A stretch of DNA of 64,000 nt from NCBI GenBank assembly GCA_045580305.1, contig JAZNNQ010000054.1, forward strand, positions 46,371 through 110,370. Reading direction: 5' to 3'. Positions 57,028-64,000 of the stretch are shown piece after piece. How positions within the stretch are numbered: the first letter of the stretch is position 1; each line of letters opens with the position of its first letter. Source of the stretch: Eubacteriales bacterium. Lineage in GTDB: Bacteria > Bacillota > Clostridia > Oscillospirales > JAAYXM01. A program made the position numbers and the translations under genes. The notes below the pieces were generated by a model. That model saw nothing but the letters and a program-made list of their open reading frames with translations, did no database searches and was not told where the DNA came from.

Positions 57028-58209
57028 ATGGCCCTTAACCGGACACCCAATGCAGAACGACTGCATATAGGCATTTTCGGAAGAAGAAATGCCGGAAAAT
57101 CTACCCTTATTAATGCTCTTTGCAATCAGGAGATAGCGATTACATCGCCTTATGCGGGTACAACCGCAGACCCGGTAAGCAAGGCTATCGAGCTTCATCC
57201 TATTGGTCCTTGCGTAATTATTGACACCGCAGGCTTTGATGATGAGGGCGAGCTTGGGGCGCTTCGCGTTTTGAAAACCCGCGAGGTTATTAAAAAATGC
57301 GATATTGCCATTATGGTTTTTGCCGACGACGATGTCGCAGCAGAACTGTTATGGATAAAAGAGCTTAAAGCGGAAAAAATCCCTGTGATTTGCGTTGTAA
57401 ATAAAGCGGATTTAAGTGAAAATCCCCTGCAAAAGGTAAAAGATGCAGGGTTTTCACCGATTTTGGTCAGTGCAAAAGAAAATAAGGGTATAGAGGAATT
57501 AAGAAAAGAGATTATAAAAGCCGTACCACCGGATTTTGACGGCATTTCCTTAGTAGGGCATCTTGTAAAAGATGGGGATACCGTGCTGCTGGTTATGCCC
57601 CAGGATTCATCCGCACCCAAGGGCAGGCTGATTTTACCGCAGGTGCAGACGATACGAAATTTGTTGGATGAAAAATGCACTGTAATCTGTGCTACCGCTG
57701 ACGGGATGGAAAAAGCACTTTCGGCGCTGAAGTCAGCGCCCGAGCTTATAATATGTGACTCTCAATGTTTCAAAACGGTATATGAGAAAAAGCCGGAGAA
57801 CAGTGTTTTAACCTCATTTTCCGTGCTTTTTGCAAGATATAAGGGTGATATTGAGGAATTTGAAAAGGGCGCTAAGGCCATTGACGCGCTGAAGCCGGGT
57901 GATAAGGTGCTTATTGCCGAGGCGTGTACACACAATGCTCAGGATGGGGATATTGCCCGCGTCAAAATCCCAAATCTGCTCCGCAAAAAAGTTGGCGGTG
58001 AGTTGGACATTGAAATTGTCACCGGTGTGGATTTTGATAACGAATTGTATAAGTATAAATTAATTATACATTGTGGCGCATGTATGTTTAACAGAAAATA
58101 TGTGCTTTCACGAATAGAGCAGGCAAAGACGGCGGGTGTACCCATAACCAATTATGGTGTGGCGCTTGCAAAGCTTACGGGGATTTTACCGTATGTTACA
58201 TTAAAGTAG
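57028..58209 (+). CDS. hydF: [FeFe]-hydrogenase maturation GTPase HydF
   Basis: 393 aa with the G1 motif GRRNAGKSTLINAL, G3 DTAG, G4 NKAD and a C-terminal cluster-binding Cys region (EACTH...HCGACMFN). Confidence 0.9.
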   Translation: MALNRTPNAERLHIGIFGRRNAGKSTLINALCNQEIAITSPYAGTTADPVSKAIELHPIGPCVIIDTAGFDDEGELGALRVLKTREVIKKCDIAIMVFADDDVAAELLWIKELKAEKIPVICVVNKADLSENPLQKVKDAGFSPILVSAKENKGIEELRKEIIKAVPPDFDGISLVGHLVKDGDTVLLVMPQDSSAPKGRLILPQVQTIRNLLDEKCTVICATADGMEKALSALKSAPELIICDSQCFKTVYEKKPENSVLTSFSVLFARYKGDIEEFEKGAKAIDALKPGDKVLIAEACTHNAQDGDIARVKIPNLLRKKVGGELDIEIVTGVDFDNELYKYKLIIHCGACMFNRKYVLSRIEQAKTAGVPITNYGVALAKLTGILPYVTLK

Positions 58210-58218
58210 GTGAAGAAT

Positions 58219-59055
58219 ATGAAAATAGGAATAGTTGGTCTCGGTCTTATTGGCGCGTCTATGGCGAAAGCTATTAAAAGAAGCGGCGGACACCAAATTT
58301 TCGGTTATGATAAGGACAAGAGCGTACTGGAAAAGGCGCTTTCTCACAAGACAATTGACAAAATCGGCGAAAATGGAGATATAGGCGGTCTTGATATGCT
58401 GTTTCTTGCCTTGTATCCTAAGGACAGCATTGAATTTGTCAAGAAAAATGCAGGGGAAATCGCGAAAAACTGTATTGTATGTGATTTTGGCGGTGTAAAA
58501 AAGACGGTATGCGACGAGTTGTGCGCGATTGGGGATGAATATGGCTTTGCTTTTGTAGGCGGACATCCTATGGCGGGAAGAGAGTTATCCGGATACGACG
58601 CGTCCTTAGAGCAGCTTTTCGATAGTGCCAGTATGATATTAACACCCTGTGGAAAAAAAGCGGAGGCGGAAAAGTTAGCCGAATTCTTTAAGAGCCTTGG
58701 TTTTTCGAAGGTGGTATTTACAACACCGGAAAATCACGACGATATGATAGCATTTACATCCCAGCTTGCCCATGTGGTGTCCTCTGCATACATAAAAAGC
58801 CCCGAGGCATCACGCCACGAGGGCTACAGCGCGGGAAGCTATAAGGACTTAACCCGTGTTGCACGACTTAACGAATATATGTGGACAGAATTGTTTCTTG
58901 CGAACAGAGAACCTCTTGTGCGGGAAATTAACACCATAATAGAGCATCTAACCGAATATAGAGATGCCATTTCAGCGGCCGACGAAAAAAGACTTTTTGA
59001 TCTTCTCCGCGATGGTAGAATAAGAAAAGAGCAGATAGATCGCGAAATTGAATAA
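58219..59055 (+). CDS. tyrA: Prephenate dehydrogenase
   Basis: Rossmann motif IGIVGLGLIGASMAKAI and the TyrA-type core (GGHPMAG). The ATG at 58219 is 9 nt after the hydF stop. Confidence 0.85.
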   Translation: MKIGIVGLGLIGASMAKAIKRSGGHQIFGYDKDKSVLEKALSHKTIDKIGENGDIGGLDMLFLALYPKDSIEFVKKNAGEIAKNCIVCDFGGVKKTVCDELCAIGDEYGFAFVGGHPMAGRELSGYDASLEQLFDSASMILTPCGKKAEAEKLAEFFKSLGFSKVVFTTPENHDDMIAFTSQLAHVVSSAYIKSPEASRHEGYSAGSYKDLTRVARLNEYMWTELFLANREPLVREINTIIEHLTEYRDAISAADEKRLFDLLRDGRIRKEQIDREIE

Positions 59056-59056
59056 G

Positions 59057-59090
59057 AAAAACCCCGAGTTCTTAAGAACTCGGGGTTTTA
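59057..59090. terminator. Bidirectional intrinsic terminator
   Basis: Perfect palindrome ACCCCGAGTTCTT/AAGAACTCGGGGT flanked by an A-run and a T-rich run. Confidence 0.85.
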
Positions 59091-59495
59091 TTAATCTTTT
59101 GGGTTAACAATATCGCGCCATGCGAAGTCGCCGCGCTCAAGGCCACGGACTAAGATCTCGGCGGTTGCGGCATTTGTTGCAACCGGGACATTGTGCACAT
59201 CGCAAAGTCGTAAAAGTGCCTGGACATCAGGCTCGTGCGGCATTGCGGTGAGCGGGTCGCGGAAGAAAAGAACAAGGTCGATCTCGTTATATGCAATTCT
59301 CGCGCCTATCTGTTGGTCACCGCCCTGGGGGCCGGATAAAAAGCGCTTTATATCAAGGCCGGTAGCCTCACTTACAAGCTTACTGGTGGTACCTGTGCCG
59401 CAGATGCTGTGCTTTGAGAGGATTCCACAGTATGCGATGCAAAACTGTACCATAAGCTCTTTTTTCTTGTCGTGTGCGATGATTGCAATATTCAT
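59091..59495 (-). CDS. mgsA: Methylglyoxal synthase
   Basis: 134 aa starting [18 protein letters not shown], with the conserved GTTSKL and GPQGGDQQ motifs. Confidence 0.92.
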   Translation of the reverse strand: MNIAIIAHDKKKELMVQFCIAYCGILSKHSICGTGTTSKLVSEATGLDIKRFLSGPQGGDQQIGARIAYNEIDLVLFFRDPLTAMPHEPDVQALLRLCDVHNVPVATNAATAEILVRGLERGDFAWRDIVNPKD

Positions 59496-59513
59496 TCCGT
59501 AAAAATCCCCTTT

Positions 59514-60272
59514 CTAAACTGTCTTACGCGGGATCCTCATAAGAGGAACGCGCTCTCCTACTATACGACGGGCAATGTTTTTATATCCTTTTGCGGCATA
59601 AGAACTTGTGTAAGAAACCACCGGTTCACCGCGGTTTGCACAGGCGATAACCGTTTGATCCTCGGGCACGATGCCGATAAGTTGTATGCCGGTAAGGTCT
59701 ATTGCATCGTCAATATTTACCGCGCGCATTTTATTTATAAGCTGCGGTCTTACACGGTTTAACACAAGGCGTATGTCGGAAACGCCCCGTGTCTTTAAAA
59801 ATTTACGGGTAACCCCTGCATCGCGAAGACTCGCATTGTCGGGAGTTGCCACCATAAGCGCCCGATCGGACACCGAGGCGATAATATCAAGCCAGGATCC
59901 GATACCTGCGGGGCAGTCGATAATGCAGAAATCACAAAGTTCGGAAACCGAGTTCATAAGAGACGCCATCTGCTCCTTTGTAATATCGGGAAGTTCGGTA
60001 CCAAACGGTGCGGCCAAAAGATGAAGATTGGCAATGCTGTGATGGGGGACAAGGGCCTGTTTAAGGGTGGCGCGCTCTAAAATAACATCGGAAAAATCGA
60101 AGACCGCCCTCTCGTTAAGACCAAGAGCTAAATCCAGATTACGAAGGCCGATGTCAGCGTCTAAAACGATGACCTTGTACCCAAGCTCTGCAAGGCAGGA
60201 GGCAACGCCGGAGGAGATAGAGGTTTTACCCGTACCGCCCTTACCGGAAGCAACGCATATAGTGATTGCCAT
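59514..60272 (-). CDS. MinD/ParA-family ATPase (MinD-like)
   Basis: Deviant Walker A SGKGGTGKTS, about 252 aa from the ATG at 60272 (AGGAGG upstream). No adjacent minC or minE. Confidence 0.7.
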   Translation of the reverse strand: MAITICVASGKGGTGKTSISSGVASCLAELGYKVIVLDADIGLRNLDLALGLNERAVFDFSDVILERATLKQALVPHHSIANLHLLAAPFGTELPDITKEQMASLMNSVSELCDFCIIDCPAGIGSWLDIIASVSDRALMVATPDNASLRDAGVTRKFLKTRGVSDIRLVLNRVRPQLINKMRAVNIDDAIDLTGIQLIGIVPEDQTVIACANRGEPVVSYTSSYAAKGYKNIARRIVGERVPLMRIPRKTV

Positions 60273-60350
60273 TTCAGTGCCCTCCTTAAATTTCAACTAC
60301 TGCTATTTTACAATGATATTCCCCTAAATTCAAGGGGTTTTACGAAAAAT

Positions 60351-62420
60351 TTACTTTAAAATACGGTTTTCAGCCGGGCGGTTTTCAAGGTCAAAATCGC
60401 TTGTAAAATATGCGTCGAAAATGTCTTTCGCGCAAGAGGCAATTCGGCTACCTTGTCCGCCGTTTTCGACTACGATGGCAACCGCGATTTCCGGGTCATC
60501 TGCAGGAGCATATGCCACGAAAAGCGCGTGGGAGCCGCCGGGCGCCTGCGCAGAGCCGGTTTTTGCCGCGACTTTAACCGGATAATCCTTGAATACCGCG
60601 TATGCGCTGCCGCCTTCTTCCATTGCAACCATCTGCATACCGTCTTGAACCGCCTTTAAATTGGCATCATTAAAGCCCATTGTTGCGGTTACCTCTGACT
60701 TTTGCTCGTAGATAGTGGTGTTATCCAGTGGATTTTTAACGCTTTTTAACAAATGCGGCTCATACTGTGTGCCGCCGTTGGCGAGAGTCGCGGTGTACTG
60801 GGCAAGCTGGATGGGGGAGACAAGGGTCTCCGACTGGCCGATAGCGGCGGCTAGAGTCTGGCCCGGATACCACACATCGCCGCGCTTTTCGGTAAGCTGA
60901 CGGGATGCTACCTGACCTGCCTTCTCGCCGGAAAGCTCAATTCCGGTCTTTTTACCAAATCCCAAACGCTCAGCATAGGACGACAGGGTATCGATGCCCA
61001 TAATACGACCGATGTCGTAGAAGAAATAGTTGCAGGAAACCTGAAGCGCTTGCTTTACATTGATAGGACCGTGGATACGGCCATAGCTTTTATACACATC
61101 ACACATAGGTGAATAGCTGGGCGCGTAGTAGGTATATATACCCTTGGTATCGATAATGGAATTTTTGGTTATAACGCCGCTTTCCAGCCCCGCGATACTG
61201 GTTACCATCTTGAAGGTAGAGCCCGGGGGATATGTGCCGCCGATCGCGCGATTGAACATCGGGCGCAGGGGGTCGTTGAGCATTGCGTTGTAATTTTTAT
61301 TGTAGTCTGCAAGGGAGAAAGAGGGGTAGGATGCCAGTGCTAAAGTATCACCGTTTCGCACATCAAGCACGACAAGAGCCGCACCCTTTGCATTTTCACC
61401 GCCCCAGCGGGAGTTGGTAGAGCCTTCCGCCCGAAGCTTGGGAACAATTGCCGCCAAGGTCTTTTCCGCCGCTTCCTGAAGCTTTATGTCAAGAGTGAGC
61501 ACACAGTTGTTGCCGGGCTGTGGATTATCGGCGCTTAATACACCGGTGACCTTGCCGGTAGAGGTGGTTTCTATCTCTCGGGAGCCGTCTGTGCCGCGGA
61601 GATAGTCCTCTAAAATACGCTCCATACCGTCTTTGCCAACGATATCGCTCATTTTATAGCCTTTTTCCGCAAGGGCGGGATATTCGTCCTTATAGATAAT
61701 ACCCACGCGCCCTAAAACATGAGCGGCGTAGGGAGTTTGATATTCGCGCACAGAGTCGACATCAACCATAACGCCGGTAAGCTCGCGTGAGCGCTCCTTA
61801 ACCTCGGTGACGAGAGGCACGCTCACATCCTCCGCAAAGACGAAGGGGTTGCTTGAATTGAAGGTACGCTGCTCCATTTCGTAATAAATGCCGGCAAGCG
61901 CTCGCCTTTCGGTGGGAGTTAAGGTGTCGGGCACCTGGTTTTCCTCGCAGATCAAATCAATAAGTTGCTCGGCGGTGGTGTTGTCAGACCATTCATATTT
62001 TCGCAGGAAATCCACAACCGCCTTTTCACCCTGCGCGTTTTCTTCAATATGATAGGTATAGCTGAAGGGGGCGGTTTTTGTGATGGGAAGCGAGTCCAAA
62101 TACTGGTTGCCGTGGGTATTGCAAATAGAAACGAGGGACAGAAGCACAGCGTTTTTATCCGCATCCCGCCAGGCAACTGAGTCGATTTTCAAGGTAAAGC
62201 TTGAGCGATTGGTAACAAGAGGTCTGCCGTAGCGATCAAGAATTTCGCCGCGAGGCGCCTTTACAACAATGGATCGGGAGAGCTTTTTCTCACTCTGTAG
62301 AAGGTAGTCATCACCCTTTACCACCTGAAGGAAGAAAAGTCTGCCTGCAAAAACGAGAACACAGATCACGGTGGCGAGAACAATAAATAAGGAGCGCTTA
62401 TGAAACATATTGGAATCCAT
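60351..62420 (-). CDS. mrdA: Penicillin-binding protein 2 (class B transpeptidase, elongation type)
   Basis: 689 aa with an N-terminal TM anchor and the motifs STFK, SCN and KTGSAQ. It follows mreC-mreD. Confidence 0.88.
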   Translation of the reverse strand: MDSNMFHKRSLFIVLATVICVLVFAGRLFFLQVVKGDDYLLQSEKKLSRSIVVKAPRGEILDRYGRPLVTNRSSFTLKIDSVAWRDADKNAVLLSLVSICNTHGNQYLDSLPITKTAPFSYTYHIEENAQGEKAVVDFLRKYEWSDNTTAEQLIDLICEENQVPDTLTPTERRALAGIYYEMEQRTFNSSNPFVFAEDVSVPLVTEVKERSRELTGVMVDVDSVREYQTPYAAHVLGRVGIIYKDEYPALAEKGYKMSDIVGKDGMERILEDYLRGTDGSREIETTSTGKVTGVLSADNPQPGNNCVLTLDIKLQEAAEKTLAAIVPKLRAEGSTNSRWGGENAKGAALVVLDVRNGDTLALASYPSFSLADYNKNYNAMLNDPLRPMFNRAIGGTYPPGSTFKMVTSIAGLESGVITKNSIIDTKGIYTYYAPSYSPMCDVYKSYGRIHGPINVKQALQVSCNYFFYDIGRIMGIDTLSSYAERLGFGKKTGIELSGEKAGQVASRQLTEKRGDVWYPGQTLAAAIGQSETLVSPIQLAQYTATLANGGTQYEPHLLKSVKNPLDNTTIYEQKSEVTATMGFNDANLKAVQDGMQMVAMEEGGSAYAVFKDYPVKVAAKTGSAQAPGGSHALFVAYAPADDPEIAVAIVVENGGQGSRIASCAKDIFDAYFTSDFDLENRPAENRILK

Positions 62421-62423
62421 AGT

Positions 62424-62942
62424 TTAAGCCTCCTCATCAAAGCCGGTGCGCTTTGCTATTTTTATAATTAACGGATACATTAAAGGGGTGAAAAGCGCGG
62501 TTACGAAAAATTCGGCAGGCAGGGTCAAAAACAGAGAAAGCACCTGGGCCTTACCGAAAAGCACGAAAAAGAAAACATAGTAAACAAGGCGGGTCACGAA
62601 AATCGTTGCCGCCAGATAAAGAAGGGTCACCCAATAGCTTTTCCAAAATACGAAATTACACAAAAAGGAAATCAGAATACCGCAAAAAACCAGAGTGATT
62701 GTGTAAAAACCGTCGGGTGCAGGTAAAAGCGCGTCGCTTATAACCCCTGCGAAAAGGCCTGCAAGAGCGCCGCTTGTGGTGCCCTCAAGCATTGCAATGG
62801 TGGCAACAGTGTAGGGCAGAAGGTGTGTGGGAGACGCGCCGAAAATCTTTAATTTTGACAAAAGAGTGGTCTCTAAAAGCATAACCACAAACATAAGCGC
62901 TACATATAAGATCCACTTATAGCGTATAGCCTTTTTTTCCAT
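62424..62942 (-). CDS. mreD: Rod shape-determining protein MreD
   Basis: 172 aa, polytopic, immediately after mreC. Confidence 0.8.
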   Translation of the reverse strand: MEKKAIRYKWILYVALMFVVMLLETTLLSKLKIFGASPTHLLPYTVATIAMLEGTTSGALAGLFAGVISDALLPAPDGFYTITLVFCGILISFLCNFVFWKSYWVTLLYLAATIFVTRLVYYVFFFVLFGKAQVLSLFLTLPAEFFVTALFTPLMYPLIIKIAKRTGFDEEA

Positions 62943-62943
62943 A

Positions 62944-63783
62944 CTATTCAGTCACCTTGAATTCTTTTATGACCAACACATGGTCTATATCCTCAAAATC
63001 AACCACAGGGGATAAAATTGCATATTTGGTGATACCGTGGGCCTCGCTCTTTACCTCTTCGACACGACCGATAATAATACCTTTTGGGAAAAGACCGCCA
63101 AAGCCGGAGGTTTCCACAGTGTCACCGCGGACGAGTTGGGAATCACGGCTTACATAAGAGAGCTTGAATTTACCGTCGTGCATAAGCTCAAAATCACCCT
63201 CGGCACTTGCTACCTCGCGGGTACGGGACACGATGGCGGAAGCCTCCATACCGGTGTCGATTACGGTTGTAACCGTTGCCCAGTTGACGCCGACCTCGCT
63301 TATATAGCCAACCATTCCGTCGGCGGTAACAACACAGTTATTTACCGCAATGCCGTGTATTGAGCCTTTGTCCAAGGTAAAGGTTGCGCCGAGGTTTGTA
63401 TCGCCGCGGGCAACGATTTCGGCGGACTCGAACACCAGACTCTCGTCCCGCACCTTCATATCAAGTGCCGCACGAAGCTGATCGTTTTCAAGAGTGGCCT
63501 TTTCCGCGTCGCGGAGTTTCTTTTCGGTATCTGCAAGACGGGCACGAAGGCCCTCGTTTTCCGCTTCAAGCTCTTCATAATCATTCAGTTTTTCAAAAAA
63601 GCCGTCTATTCCGCCGGAGATAGAACTTGTAAGGCTTTGAATGGGGCTTGCCAGAATATTTATAAGCTGTGATACCGGTGAAATCCGACCACCGGAAACA
63701 GCGGAGCAAATGCCCATTATCAGGGACAAAAGCACCGCTATTAAAACAATTATAAGCCAGCTGCGGGAGAAAAACTCTTTCAT
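62944..63783 (-). CDS. mreC: Cell shape-determining protein MreC
   Basis: N-terminal TM helix, a coiled coil (ENEGLRARLADTEKKLRDAEK), then beta-rich domains. The ATG at 63783 has AGGTG upstream. Confidence 0.85.
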   Translation of the reverse strand: MKEFFSRSWLIIVLIAVLLSLIMGICSAVSGGRISPVSQLINILASPIQSLTSSISGGIDGFFEKLNDYEELEAENEGLRARLADTEKKLRDAEKATLENDQLRAALDMKVRDESLVFESAEIVARGDTNLGATFTLDKGSIHGIAVNNCVVTADGMVGYISEVGVNWATVTTVIDTGMEASAIVSRTREVASAEGDFELMHDGKFKLSYVSRDSQLVRGDTVETSGFGGLFPKGIIIGRVEEVKSEAHGITKYAILSPVVDFEDIDHVLVIKEFKVTE

Positions 63784-63793
63784 AAAATCACAC

Positions 63794-64000
63794 CTATAAA
63801 ACGGAAATTCCAAGGGAAGTTAGCGCTTTTGCAAGTCTGCACACCGGCAGGCCCACTACATTGAAATAGTCGCCGTTTATCTTCTCAACTAAAATTGCGC
63901 CCTTATCCTGTATGCCGTAAGCACCTGCTTTATCCATAGGCTCACCGGTTGCGATGTATCTGTGTATCATTTCGGGAGTAAGGGAGCGGAAGGTCACCTC
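63794..64000 (-). CDS. maf: Maf-like nucleoside triphosphate pyrophosphatase, C-terminal fragment; the 5' end lies outside the window
   Basis: The C-terminal sequence [30 protein letters not shown] is characteristic of Maf. The frame is open to the right window edge. Confidence 0.85.
   Translation of the reverse strand, partial: EVTFRSLTPEMIHRYIATGEPMDKAGAYGIQDKGAILVEKINGDYFNVVGLPVCRLAKALTSLGISVL

Noticed and set aside
57195-57680. 161-aa minus-strand ORF
   Set aside because: It is antisense to hydF, whose GTPase motifs are unambiguous.
1-64000. CRISPR arrays, IS elements or transposases, integrases, restriction-modification genes, prophage genes
   Set aside because: I saw no regularly spaced direct repeats and no ORFs with transposase, integrase, methyltransferase or endonuclease motifs anywhere in the window.

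Overview
This window is the chromosomal replication-origin region of a Firmicute. It is probably a sporulating Clostridia-class anaerobe, possibly Oscillospiraceae/Ruminococcaceae-like, but that guess rests only on gene content and order. The canonical origin core is present: rpmH-rnpA-yidD-yidC-jag on the minus strand, then dnaA-dnaN-recF-DUF370-gyrB-gyrA on the plus strand. TTTTCCACA DnaA boxes and an AT-rich unwinding stretch lie between dnaA and dnaN. To the left, mnmG-rsmG-noc-soj-spo0J-DUF4446-serS all read toward the origin, with three tandem parS-like sites between noc and soj. The rest is mostly housekeeping:
- RNA genes and replication/recombination: rnhA, nifS/nifU, SRP RNA-dnaX-ybaB-recR, tRNA-Pro, tRNA-Ser, dnaD/dnaI-like loader genes.
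- Metabolism and translation: pdxK with a small membrane partner, asnA, glnA, prmA, rsmE, mfd, pth, tyrA, mgsA.
- Spore cortex and wall genes: dacB-like, YaaH/SleL-like, pdaA.
- A hydE-hydG-hydF maturase operon, and minD-like/PBP2/mreD/mreC/maf.

I saw no CRISPR array, transposase, integrase, restriction-modification genes or recognisable toxin-antitoxin pair. The best candidates for something undescribed are:
- A two-gene orphan operon (34461-36076) next to tRNA-Ser. Its second protein shows, by eye only, a uracil-DNA-glycosylase-fold-like motif order.
- Short duplications of the 3' ends of both tRNA genes about 200 bp downstream of each gene.
- Two structured leaders with terminator/antiterminator logic, upstream of a CNNM/CorC transporter and upstream of the hyd operon.
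- A clearly AT-richer block covering oriC plus dnaA-dnaN-recF-DUF370, compared with its flanks.

All functional calls come from reading the translated ORFs and the nucleotide sequence. No database search was run.
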